NCBI GenBank assembly: GCA_048772705.1
Contig: JBLWGC010000140.1
Span: 282,143 to 346,142, forward strand
From: Leidyana gryllorum EB-2025a
Taxonomy: Eukaryota; Protista; Apicomplexa
Direction: 5' to 3'
DNA length: 64,000 bases
The position numbers and the translations under genes were made by a program. Under the pieces are notes generated by a model that did no database searches, was not told where the DNA came from, and saw only the letters and a program-made list of their open reading frames with translations. This document shows, one piece after another, positions 48,287-58,486 of this stretch; position 1 is the stretch's first letter, and each line of letters begins with the position of its first letter.

Positions 48287-49249
48287 TCACCCAGCGCACA
48301 GAACTGGTGGACTCAGAACTGGCTGGAAACCTTCGATTTCCCTTGACATTGGGCGCGGTGCGCGTAACGTCGATTGATCACTGGCACAAAGAGTCAGTGG
48401 TGTGTCGACCCTCAGAAGAGAGTCGTCTTCAGCGGTCATCTCCTTCTCCCATTTGAAGAGCGGAGCCCGGAAGGTAATTTGAGATATTCCATTGAGAGCT
48501 TTGAATTTCGTCGCGCTTCTGATCTGCGACAGATGGAACGGACACTGTGTCATTGACATCGGCTCTCGACATTCAAATTCATAGTGGCGCTCCCCCGGAC
48601 GATCCTCAAGAGAGAGAGTTACAGTGCTCGATTTCCACTGCAGGATGAGATTGCGATCCAACCGACTCTCACATAAACAAAAAACCTCTTCGACTTCCTC
48701 GAGCTCGAGGGCCAAAGTACACAGCTCACAGTCTCTGTCCGGTTGAATTAATTTAGTCATCGCGCTGACTTCAATGATGTTTGGTTGTTTGTAAGTGTTC
48801 GCGTCAGAGGAGCAGTGAAAGCTCATTGTTTGATGCCCTTTGCCGTCGGGCGCAGTGAGTGTAATGTGATCAATCAAGTCGAGGAACGTCGTCCGCCTCC
48901 GATTGCGGGGCTCGTTGGATTCACATCGCCCAATAGTAAGTGGAAGCCAGAAGTGTGAAGGTTTGTCGAATGCCCACTCGGAGGCTTCGACAGCGACAAC
49001 GCATTTGAAGTTGGAACTGACGAAATCCAAACATAGTTTCACGGTGACTTCGGCCAATTTGTGAAAATCGAGCGATCCCTCAGTCTTTTTGATCCGCAAT
49101 TGATAGATTCTGGATTCCTCATAGAGGAACCATTCTGCGGAGTCGCAGTCATTGAGGAACACAGTCACGGCGGGGGACAGTGACATAGGCATCTCGGTGA
49201 TCGAACCACCGAACTTCATGGTCGGGTAGGGGGAAGTCTGAGTCGACAT
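48287..49249 (-). pseudogene. Array family copy J: truncated head, nearly identical to copy L over ~800 bp
   Basis: 48382-49181 matches 54536-55335; homology is lost after TPLTLCA. Confidence 0.8.
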
Positions 49250-49501
49250 TGGAAGCACCAAGTTACAGAAATGAAAGAGACCACAGAAAGTTTGCACAAC
49301 GCCACCTCAACACCTCACCTTTCTCTCTCAACTCTCACTGCTTTGCCGGAAGGAGTCATCCTCCATTCCTACCTTCTCCGATGTTTCTCAATCACAGTTG
49401 GCGAAGAACACTCAAGCCCTCAGGCAAGGGAAATGCGGTCACTGTATCCTGTGTTATCTTGTGGTTTTGAGGTCGAGACGCCCTAAGGTCTCTGTGTGAG
49501 C

Positions 49502-51841
49502 TCAGTGTAGAGACATTTTCAGTCCGAATAGTCGCTGTTCCACTGCCTCCGTCTTTGTGGTCAACGCAGCGATAGTCTCCTCTTGGGTCCCCACTCGTCG
49601 CTGGAATATCTCAATCTCACCACGCAACTGAAGAATCGTCTCTTCTCGAGTTCGAACCTGTTGCTCCAATTGTCCGTTTTCGACCTGTAAAACGGCCTCT
49701 CGTTCATCCAGTTCCGCAATCCTCCTCTCCCTAATCGTTAGTTGTTGCTGCAACTCCCCATTCCTGGCATTCCAGTCGGCTTCTTTCTGTATCAGTTGAC
49801 CAATAAGTTCATCCTGACCTATCCTTTCTGTTTCTAGTACCCGGAGTCGAGCGGTCAATTGAGTGATAATTTCCCGCTGATTCGCCAGTTGGCTCTTCCA
49901 GTGCTCATTCTCCCCTCTGGGAAGCCTCTCACTCGTGGCAGAGTCTGCGATGTGTTGCTTCTGAGCCGCTTGATCCTTGAACGCCGTAGTCTGATCTGTT
50001 AACAGCATAACAGTCGCATTTTGGTCAGCCAGTTGTTGTTTCAGCAATTCAATCTGAGTGGTCAATTGAGCCAGGGTTTCATCTCTGGCGGCTACTTGAA
50101 TTTCCATGGTCTTGATCTTAGTGGTCAATGATGCACTCCTCGCCTCCGTCGACGCACGATCCTCCATTTCCTCAATTTCCGCTGTCATTTGGACGTCTTC
50201 CGACTCTCCATTCGCAAAGGGCGAAGCCGTCTCACGTTGGGTCACACTCTCGTAGTGGTCCTCCACTCGTCCAGCCAGTGTGTCGCCATCGATGATCTGC
50301 GCGCTCTCGTCTACTGCGATGGAATTTTTCGGTACTTCGATTGTGACATCCGTCGGCATCCGCTGGCCAGATCGCCACAGAAGGCCTCCGTCTTCGGTAG
50401 ATGTCGACCCGCTCGTAGTCGTCGGAAGGGAAAAGCAGTCCGACAGGGGAGCAGTTGAAGAGCAATGCTGCGGAAGGACCTCCAAGGCGACCTTCAAAGC
50501 GAAAGTCACAGGGCCACGTTGTACAAAGCCGCGGGCTACAACGTGGACAGAAGCGGTAATCTTCCCATCGTTGCGTAACTCATCGTGAAGTTCATGGGTG
50601 AATTCCGACAAATCCTCGAAAGCCACTTCACCTTTGTGTTTCAATCTCAAGACGTAATGATTGTCGGTGAAGTTTCCGGCCCAACCAAAAGACTCACACT
50701 CACGCAGTAATCGGCTTGTGTTCTCTCCGAGGTGAATGAGTTTTGGCTCGATCGCGCCCGTTGCCATCATTGGGAACACTTTGTTGCGAATTTGGGCAGC
50801 GGTGACAATGAGCCCGCGCCTTCTTGGAGATTTCGAGATTATCACATTCTCGAGACAGTAATTGGTAAAAATGCCACTGCCACACCGAAACTCCACGTCT
50901 CCCACCAGAGGCGCTTTCAGTTCCACCGACCCCGTTTCGGATTGGAAGAGAAACCGCCCTTTGCATTCCAGTGGACACTGAAACGTGGAACTCCCAACTC
51001 CGGTGGCACAAAGCGTCAGCGGTATGTCAATCTTCAACAGAGTGTCTTCACACGTCGTTGGCGTCTCCCATCTGAAGGAAGGGGCTTCGAACGTCACCTG
51101 GGAGATCCCGTTCAGATGCTTGGATCGTGTCATGCTTCCGATGTCCCCCAGATCGAGTGCATCCCGAGAGATGCACATCTCTCCGAAACGTTTCCAAATA
51201 TAATGTCGTTCTCCCAACCGTCCTCCGAAAGACAGAGAAACAGTGTTCAATCCGCTGTCCACAATCATTTCGCGGTCGAATCGAGTCTCAAGCAAACCAT
51301 AGATATGCTGGTGCCCTCCTGTACAAAGCTTCAATCTGCACAACTTGGAGTCTCTCTCGGTTTGAAGGAATTTGCTCAGGTCGTTGAAGTGTCTGATATC
51401 TGGTTGGCGGTAGGTGTTCGCGTCGTCGGACGCGTGAAAGCTCATCATTTGAGCTCCATCGCCCTCGGGTGCAGAGAGTGTAATTTTGTCGATGGAGTCA
51501 AGGAATTTCGCACGACTTCGATCGCGGGCCACTCTGGGTGTAACTCTCTCTATCGACAATGGAACCCAAAAGTGTGAGGGTTCGTCTGATGTCCATTCGA
51601 ATGCTTCAATAACAATAGAACACTGCACGTTAAGACCAATGGACCCGGAGTGTAAATCTTCTGTGACTCCAGCCAATGTGTGGAACTCGAGCGATCTTTG
51701 AGTCTTTCTGAGCCGTAATTCGATGTCGCCGTTGGCCTCATGACGGAACCACTCGGCCGTGTCGCAGTCGTCCAAGAAGGCCTTCGTGGCCGATGTCAAA
51801 GTAACGGGCGGCTCGAGTAACCTTGTAACAGCATTCCCCAT
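49502..51841 (-). CDS. Array family copy K, 779 aa (MGNAVT start; ends QRLFGLKMSLH)
   Basis: Intact intronless ORF with head, linker and coiled coil. Confidence 0.88.
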   Translation of the reverse strand: MGNAVTRLLEPPVTLTSATKAFLDDCDTAEWFRHEANGDIELRLRKTQRSLEFHTLAGVTEDLHSGSIGLNVQCSIVIEAFEWTSDEPSHFWVPLSIERVTPRVARDRSRAKFLDSIDKITLSAPEGDGAQMMSFHASDDANTYRQPDIRHFNDLSKFLQTERDSKLCRLKLCTGGHQHIYGLLETRFDREMIVDSGLNTVSLSFGGRLGERHYIWKRFGEMCISRDALDLGDIGSMTRSKHLNGISQVTFEAPSFRWETPTTCEDTLLKIDIPLTLCATGVGSSTFQCPLECKGRFLFQSETGSVELKAPLVGDVEFRCGSGIFTNYCLENVIISKSPRRRGLIVTAAQIRNKVFPMMATGAIEPKLIHLGENTSRLLRECESFGWAGNFTDNHYVLRLKHKGEVAFEDLSEFTHELHDELRNDGKITASVHVVARGFVQRGPVTFALKVALEVLPQHCSSTAPLSDCFSLPTTTSGSTSTEDGGLLWRSGQRMPTDVTIEVPKNSIAVDESAQIIDGDTLAGRVEDHYESVTQRETASPFANGESEDVQMTAEIEEMEDRASTEARSASLTTKIKTMEIQVAARDETLAQLTTQIELLKQQLADQNATVMLLTDQTTAFKDQAAQKQHIADSATSERLPRGENEHWKSQLANQREIITQLTARLRVLETERIGQDELIGQLIQKEADWNARNGELQQQLTIRERRIAELDEREAVLQVENGQLEQQVRTREETILQLRGEIEIFQRRVGTQEETIAALTTKTEAVEQRLFGLKMSLH

Positions 51842-52172
51842 GGATTACTGCGAGAGGGCGTCGAGCGACAGGCTCGCGCTCGAATTGAATTAGAGCGAAT
51901 AAAGAGTGTTCAGCCGTCTCGGACTGAATGATGCACTTCCGGTCGTTGCAGAGTATCACTGTCGGCGAAAGTACTCTCGCAGAATCTGATACAAGTCAGA
52001 GATCTTCATTTATTTGTTTGAAAATGAGCCTCCAACTATCTGTCACTATGTTCACTCTTCTCGGTTCTTCTCAATCGACGAAAACCAATGACTGAAGTCT
52101 CTCATTGGTCGACTTGAGTGGAATTGATCATCTTTCCAGCCCCTCCATCACATATCCCGAACACTTCCCACT

Positions 52173-55100
52173 TCACTTGGAAGACGTGAAGATCCGGCGT
52201 AATCGTTGCCTGAAACGCCCACTCTCCGCTTCAGCCAGTGACTCCTCCAAAAGCGTTAATTCACGTTTTATAGTCGCATTTTCACTCTCCAAATTGCTAC
52301 GACAGCTTCTCACACAGTTCAATTCACGGGTCAACTGATCAATGGTGAGTCTCCGCGTGCTCGCCACATCAAGCCATGATTCGGAAGCCTTTCTGTGAGT
52401 CTCCACTTCTCGCTTCAGCTCGGCATTCTCGCCAGTCAATCGACTGACAGAGTTTCTGTTATATGCCACTTCTCGCTTCAGCTCGGCATTCTCGTCAGTC
52501 AATCGACTGACAGAGTTTCTGTGATTCCCCACTTCTCGTTTCAGCTCGATATTCTCGTCAGTCAATTGAGTAACAGAGTTTCTTTGAGTCTCCACTTCTC
52601 GTTTCAGCTCGATATTCTCGTCAGTCAATTGAGTAGCAGAGTTTCTTTGAGTCTCCACTTCTCGCATCAGCTCGGCATTCTCGTCAGTCAATCGACTGAC
52701 AGAGTTTCTGTGATTCCCCACTTCTCGTTTCAGCTCGATATTCTCGTCAGTCAATTGAGTAACAGAGTTTCTTTGAGTCTCCACTTCTCGCTTCAGCTCG
52801 ATATTCTCGTCAGTCAATTGAGTAACAGAGTTTCTTTGAGTCTCCACTTCTCGTTTCAGCTCGGCATTCTCGTCAGTCAATCGACTGACAGAGTTTCTGT
52901 GATTCCCCACTTCTCGCTTCAGCTCGATATTCTCGTCAGTCAATTGAGTAACAGAGTTTCTTTGAGTCTCCACTTCTCGCATCAGCTCCTCATAATCGTC
53001 AGCCAATTGAGTAAAAGTGTTTTCCTGAGTCTCCACTTCTCGCTTCAGCTCGATATTCTCGTCAGTCAATTGAGTAACAGAGTTTCTTTGAGTCTCCAAT
53101 TCTCGCTTCAGCTCGATATTCTCGTCAGCCAATTGAGTAACAGAGTTTCTCTGATTCCCCACTTCTCGCGTCAGCTGCTCATAATCGTCAGTCAATTGAG
53201 TAAAAGAGTTTCTCTGAGTCTCCACTTCTCGCTTCAGCTCGGCATTCTCGTCAGCCAATTGAGTAACAGAGTTTCTCTGATTCCCCACTTCTCGCTTCAG
53301 CTCGGCATTCTCGTCAGCCAATTGAGTAACAGAGTTTCTCTGATTCCCCACTTCTCGCGTCAGCTGCTCATAATCGTCAGTCAATTGAGTAAAAGAGTTT
53401 CTCTGAGTCTCCACTTCTCGCTTCAGCTCGGCATTCTCGTCAGTCAATCGACTGACAGAGTTTCTCTGATTCCCCACTTCTCGTTTCAGCTCGATATTCT
53501 CGTCAGTCAATTGAGTAACAGAGTTTCTCTGAGTCTCCACTTCTCGCTTCAGCTGCTCATAATCGTCAGTCAATTGAGTAACAGAGTTTCTTTGAGCCGC
53601 CGCTTTTCGCCCCATCGTCCCAAGCTGACCTTTCAAGTGATTGATAGTGTTCCTCTGAGTCCTCGCACGTCCTTTCACAATCATATTCTCGTGCGTCAAC
53701 CGAGTGATGGTTTGTCTCTGAGCCCACGCTTGGTCCTTCATTTGTCCGCCCGCTTTGATCAAAGTGTCGATTGTGAGCAGTTGAGCCGCACTCGCTTCCA
53801 GCAGCCAACGCCATCGCTCACTCGCTTCCTCCCTCTCCGAGTTCATTGAGCATTGACAAAGTTCGAGAGTATTTCTCCACAGCTCTACTTGGACATTGTT
53901 CTCCACTTCGTCGGAAACGTCTTGAAGACACGCGTCTTGTGGCGCCACTGAATTACTCGTCGCTGTGGATGTCAAGTCGCAGTCAGACTGATGACTGGTC
54001 GACAACCACTGCTCGCCTGTGACCGCCAAAGCGAAAGGCACGAGACCTTTTCGTTCACAGTCGGACGCCAGAAGGTGAAGAGAAGCAGTAACAGTTCCGT
54101 CTTTGGGTAACTCATCGTGTATCCTTTGAGCTAATTCGGCCAAATCCTCCAAATTCGCTTTGCCTCTGTGCCACAAATGCAATACGTAATGATGGTCGGC
54201 GGCACCTTCCGACCAGTTGTACGAAACACACTGCCCCAAGAAGTGGGTCCCCCTCTCTCCGGGATCGATGAGTTGGGGTTCTTCGCTTCCCCGTCTCATC
54301 AGGGGGAACACTTTGTTCTCAATTCGAGCCGCAGTGACTTCCATTCCACGACTTCCTGACGACTCTGAGACGACCACATTCTGGAGACAATAATTGGTAA
54401 AAGTTCCGTTGTGACACCGAAATTTCACGTCTCCCACCACCGGGGCCTTCACTTCCACCGATCCCCTCTCGGACACGAAGAGTAATCTCGCGTTGCACTG
54501 CAGTGGAGCCGCAAAGGTCGATCTCCCGGTTCCGGTGGCACAAAGAGTCAGTGGTGTGTCGACCCTCAGAAGGGAGTCGTCTTCAGCGGTCATCTCCTTC
54601 TCCCATTTGAAGAGCGGAGCCCGGAAGGTAATTTGAGATATTCCATTGAGAGCTTTGAATTTCGTCGCGCTTCTGATCTGCGACAGATGGAACGGACACT
54701 GTGTCATTGACATCGGCTCTCGACATTCAAATTCATAGTGGCGCTCCCCCGGACGATCCTCAAGAGAGAGAGTTACAGTGCTCGATTTCCACTGCAGGAT
54801 GAGATTGCGATCCAACCGACTCTCACATAAACAAAAAACCTCTTCGACTTCCTCGAGCTCGAGGGCCAAAGTACACAGCTCACAGTCTCTGTCCGGTTGA
54901 ATTAATTTAGTCATCGCGCTGACTTCAATGATGTTTGGTTGTTTGTAAGTGTTCGCGTCAGAGGAGCAGTGAAAGCTCATTGTTTGATGCCCTTTGCCGT
55001 CGGGCGCAGTGAGTGTAATGTGATCAATCAAGTCGAGGAACGTCGTCCGCCTCCGATTGCGGGGCTCGTTGGATTCACATCGCCCAATAGTAAGTGGAAG

Positions 55101-55403
55101 CCAGAAGTGTGAAGGTTTGTCGAATGCCCACTCGGAGGCTTCGACAGCGACAACGCATTTGAAGTTGGAACTGACGAAATCCAAACATAGTTTCACGGTG
55201 ACTTCGGCCAATTTGTGAAAATCGAGCGATCCCTCAGTCTTTTTGATCCGCAATTGATAGATTCTGGATTCCTCATAGAGGAACCATTCTGCGGAGTCGC
55301 AGTCATTGAGGAACACACTTACGGCGGGGGACAGTGTAACTGGCGCGTCGGTCATCGATTCATTAGATATGATCAACGGAGAGAGAAGACTTCCTGCCGG
55401 CAT
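52173..55403 (-). CDS. Array family copy L, 1076 aa with a 19-unit stalk repeat
   Basis: Intact intronless ORF. Confidence 0.88.
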   Translation of the reverse strand: MPAGSLLSPLIISNESMTDAPVTLSPAVSVFLNDCDSAEWFLYEESRIYQLRIKKTEGSLDFHKLAEVTVKLCLDFVSSNFKCVVAVEASEWAFDKPSHFWLPLTIGRCESNEPRNRRRTTFLDLIDHITLTAPDGKGHQTMSFHCSSDANTYKQPNIIEVSAMTKLIQPDRDCELCTLALELEEVEEVFCLCESRLDRNLILQWKSSTVTLSLEDRPGERHYEFECREPMSMTQCPFHLSQIRSATKFKALNGISQITFRAPLFKWEKEMTAEDDSLLRVDTPLTLCATGTGRSTFAAPLQCNARLLFVSERGSVEVKAPVVGDVKFRCHNGTFTNYCLQNVVVSESSGSRGMEVTAARIENKVFPLMRRGSEEPQLIDPGERGTHFLGQCVSYNWSEGAADHHYVLHLWHRGKANLEDLAELAQRIHDELPKDGTVTASLHLLASDCERKGLVPFALAVTGEQWLSTSHQSDCDLTSTATSNSVAPQDACLQDVSDEVENNVQVELWRNTLELCQCSMNSEREEASERWRWLLEASAAQLLTIDTLIKAGGQMKDQAWAQRQTITRLTHENMIVKGRARTQRNTINHLKGQLGTMGRKAAAQRNSVTQLTDDYEQLKREVETQRNSVTQLTDENIELKREVGNQRNSVSRLTDENAELKREVETQRNSFTQLTDDYEQLTREVGNQRNSVTQLADENAELKREVGNQRNSVTQLADENAELKREVETQRNSFTQLTDDYEQLTREVGNQRNSVTQLADENIELKRELETQRNSVTQLTDENIELKREVETQENTFTQLADDYEELMREVETQRNSVTQLTDENIELKREVGNHRNSVSRLTDENAELKREVETQRNSVTQLTDENIELKREVETQRNSVTQLTDENIELKREVGNHRNSVSRLTDENAELMREVETQRNSATQLTDENIELKREVETQRNSVTQLTDENIELKREVGNHRNSVSRLTDENAELKREVAYNRNSVSRLTGENAELKREVETHRKASESWLDVASTRRLTIDQLTRELNCVRSCRSNLESENATIKRELTLLEESLAEAESGRFRQRLRRIFTSSK
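52393..53592 (-). repeat. 63-bp (21-aa, three-heptad) coding tandem repeat, 19 copies
   Basis: NSVTQLTDENIELKREVETQR and variants. Confidence 0.95.
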
Positions 55404-56286
55404 CGAGAACGTACTACGTTTTCAGATCGAAGAGACGGCTAAAACGACAGATCGTGAATTTACAGTCAGCTTATCCTCAAGTCTCTCTCATTTGCCAGGC
55501 GACGTCTGTCTCGTGTGAAGGCACGCAATGACGAAGTTTGGCTGTATTGTCTGTTCTAAGGATGAGGCCGGAGGCAATCGTGAGTGAGCTCATTGGAGGG
55601 TAACAAATTCAGTGCAAGTTGCTACCATCCGCGGAGGGTGGAGCGAAGCCCCTCCGGTGGCACTGTGGTAATGGGGGTTGAACGGGTGTGGTCCAAGTCT
55701 CGAATCGTCCATTGGATTTGTCGCTCTCGCCTCTCTCCGGTCGCTCATCACCTGGAGTTAGGGCTTCTCGGTAGATGGCCAGAGCGCCCCCCGTCTGCCG
55801 TCGCTAGTAGTCGTCGTCAAGTGCAGTCTGACGAGGAATAGTCGGAGAGCTACGCTTTGCAGCGAACATCGAGTTGAAGGTCACAGGGCCACTTTGTGCA
55901 AAAATCGAGCTCCAGTCATTTGGGGCGGATGCAACTAGTAGTGTCACCGGAGATTGGGGACGACTGCACCCGGTCAGGGTCTGCTTGATTGACATATAAT
56001 GGACGGACAGGCGACCCTGGGTATCAGGAAGTATCCACCCGAGATGGCATAGATCAGTGAGCACAAACAGATCCTTTAGGGCGAAGTCTGCTGCAGACCG
56101 GATACCAGTCGCTCCCGATGCGACGTCGAAGTGTGAAAGTGAAGTCTCCTTCCCACACAATAAAGTCTTTTAGACTGCCCGCTGTGAGAGCACCTGTGTT
56201 CCTCCTCTGCCCTTCCCAGAGACTGCTAAGCAGTAATAAGTGACTGGTCGTGTTTTAACTGATCTCAATCTCAGGTATTTGCAATA

Positions 56287-58041
56287 TCAAATTTCTGACA
56301 CGACAGGTGTCTGAGACTCGTCCCGAGCCGAGGCACCGATTGACTTGATCTGAGCGGCCAGCTGAGCGATACTCTCATCCTGAGTCGCAATGCGCGACAA
56401 CAAGCGTTCCTCGAGATCACGCAGGCTCCTCACAGTCTCACTCAAAGTCTTGAGCTGACTGGCTTTGGCCGCATCCGCTGCTTCCAGTCGAGTACATCTG
56501 TTCTCCAAATCTCTGAATTGTGCTTCGTGTCTGCGTTGTTGAGCTTCGGCAGCATTTTTAGACAATTCAATCTCAATGTTCCCGACCACTGAGTCGCATG
56601 TCTCCTGGGGAGACAGATCGTCTCTTGGCGTCGAAGGTCTCGTGCTGATTCGCATTATCTCGTCTCCAAACTTGTACGAGGTGGGTGGGCACTGTTTGCC
56701 CGTCACTTCCAGAGCAAACGTAACAGGGCCCATCCGGTCACAGTCGGGCGCCACAACGTGAACGGAAGCGGTGATCTTTCCATCTTTGGGTAACTCATCG
56801 TGAATTCTCTGTGTCAGTTTGGCCAAATCTTCGAACATCACTTTGCTTTTGTGTCTCAGATTTAAGACGTAATGATTGTCGGTAATGCCTTTGGACCACT
56901 TAACGGACTCACAGTCACGCAGTAATTGGATCGCCTGCTCGCCGGGGTCGATCATTTTTGGCTCTTCGAGGCCCATCTTCATCATCGGGAAGACCTTGTG
57001 CTCAATTCTGGCGGCGGTGACCTTTATCCGCGGTTTCGTGCCATTCATTGCAATCACATTCTCGAGACAGTGATTGGTGAAGGTGCCGTTGCCACAATAG
57101 AATTCCACATCTCCCGTGAACGGCGCCTTCAACTCTACCGATCCTCTGTCGGACTTGAAGAGGAAACGTTCGTTGCACTCCAATGGACACTCAAATGTCG
57201 ATGTCCTCCTCTCTGTGGCGTAGAGGGTCACCGGCAAGTCGATGGTCAAAGGTGAGTCCTCTGAGCCCAGTGTCTTCTCCCATTTGAAAGAGTGCGCTTT
57301 GTAGATCACCTTCGTCACCCCTTCTGGAGTCTCCGAGTGCATCCTCGTCCTCATCAAAGCCATGTTGCAGATGTTCTCAGTGATCACCTTTTCTTCTCGA
57401 TGCTCGTGTATGTAGAGACGTTCTCCAGGTCGCTCTCCAAGGGATAAGGTGAGGGTACTTTTGGGTCGCTGGATGACCATCTCGCGGTCGAAACGACAAT
57501 CCACCAAACCATACACGGATATGGCGTCTCCCACGCCGAGCGCCAATGCACACAGCGCGATATCTCGCTCCACTTGGATATTCTCACTCAGTTCGCAAAA
57601 CTCTCGGATATTAGGTTGTGAGTACAAGTTGGCATCACCAGAAGAGTAGAACCGCATCGTCTGTCGTCCATTCAAGTCGGGCACACTGAGTGTTATCTTG
57701 TCAATAGAGTCGAGGAATCTGGTGCGACTTCGCTCGCGGGGCTCTCTGGGCTCATATCTCTTTATGGTGAGGGGGAGATAAAAGTGTGAGGGTTCATCGA
57801 ATGTCCATTCGAACGCTTCGACAGCGATAGAGCACTTGGCATTGACCATGGATAAACTCAAACATAAATCCTTCGTTATCTCTGCCAATTTGTGGAAGTC
57901 GAGCGACCCTCGCGTTTTTATCAGCCGTAACTGAAAACCTCTGGTCTCCTCGTCACTTAACCATTGTGACGAATCGCAGTCCTCGAGGAATTCAAGCGAG
58001 CGCCGCGACAGTACTACGGGAGGTTTAGTCATCACCGCCAT
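56287..58041 (-). CDS. Array family copy M, 584 aa, short stalk
   Basis: Intact ORF; shares NIEIELSKNAAE and the stalk type with copy N. Confidence 0.88.
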   Translation of the reverse strand: MAVMTKPPVVLSRRSLEFLEDCDSSQWLSDEETRGFQLRLIKTRGSLDFHKLAEITKDLCLSLSMVNAKCSIAVEAFEWTFDEPSHFYLPLTIKRYEPREPRERSRTRFLDSIDKITLSVPDLNGRQTMRFYSSGDANLYSQPNIREFCELSENIQVERDIALCALALGVGDAISVYGLVDCRFDREMVIQRPKSTLTLSLGERPGERLYIHEHREEKVITENICNMALMRTRMHSETPEGVTKVIYKAHSFKWEKTLGSEDSPLTIDLPVTLYATERRTSTFECPLECNERFLFKSDRGSVELKAPFTGDVEFYCGNGTFTNHCLENVIAMNGTKPRIKVTAARIEHKVFPMMKMGLEEPKMIDPGEQAIQLLRDCESVKWSKGITDNHYVLNLRHKSKVMFEDLAKLTQRIHDELPKDGKITASVHVVAPDCDRMGPVTFALEVTGKQCPPTSYKFGDEIMRISTRPSTPRDDLSPQETCDSVVGNIEIELSKNAAEAQQRRHEAQFRDLENRCTRLEAADAAKASQLKTLSETVRSLRDLEERLLSRIATQDESIAQLAAQIKSIGASARDESQTPVVSEI

Positions 58042-58486
58042 TGATTAATTCGGAGATAATTCTCAGCAAAGTAGAGTGTGACACGCAAAAATAGATCGAA
58101 GTGTGTTAGAGTGGTAGAACCGATCCCGAGAAGGAGAGTACACAATTTGGAGCTGCAGATCAGTGAAATTTTAGTGTCCCAAAGGGTTGTCCAATCTCTG
58201 CCGCGACTTCACACATCGTCGCACACAAGCAACATCGAGACACGGGACCAGCGCTGAAATCGGCAATCTAACCGCGATAAATCAAACAATCTTCGGTGAG
58301 GGAGGTGTGTTGCTCCACTACGATCTCTCACACTCCACTAAACCGTCCCCCGTATTTGTTGCCATGTCAGCTGTGGCCCCTCATTCGGTTCTGAAATGAC
58401 TGCACACAAACACTGTTGTTTGAGAATGGGGATTTGGTTGATCAATTGGGCTTTGACTGCAGCTCGGAGGCACTGATTCGGTGACT

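Noticed and set aside
52395-53849. 484-aa plus-strand ORF
   Set aside because: Antisense shadow of the 63-bp coding repeat in copy L; stop-free because of the repetition.
48382-55335. Diversity-generating retroelement TR/VR pair suggested by near-identical tracts
   Set aside because: No reverse transcriptase in the window; the tracts are 0.8-0.9 kb with very few differences and no evident adenine-specific pattern. Conversion or duplication fits better.
55584-56160. Short ORFs between copies L and M
   Set aside because: No family motif or recognisable domain; cannot be supported as a gene.
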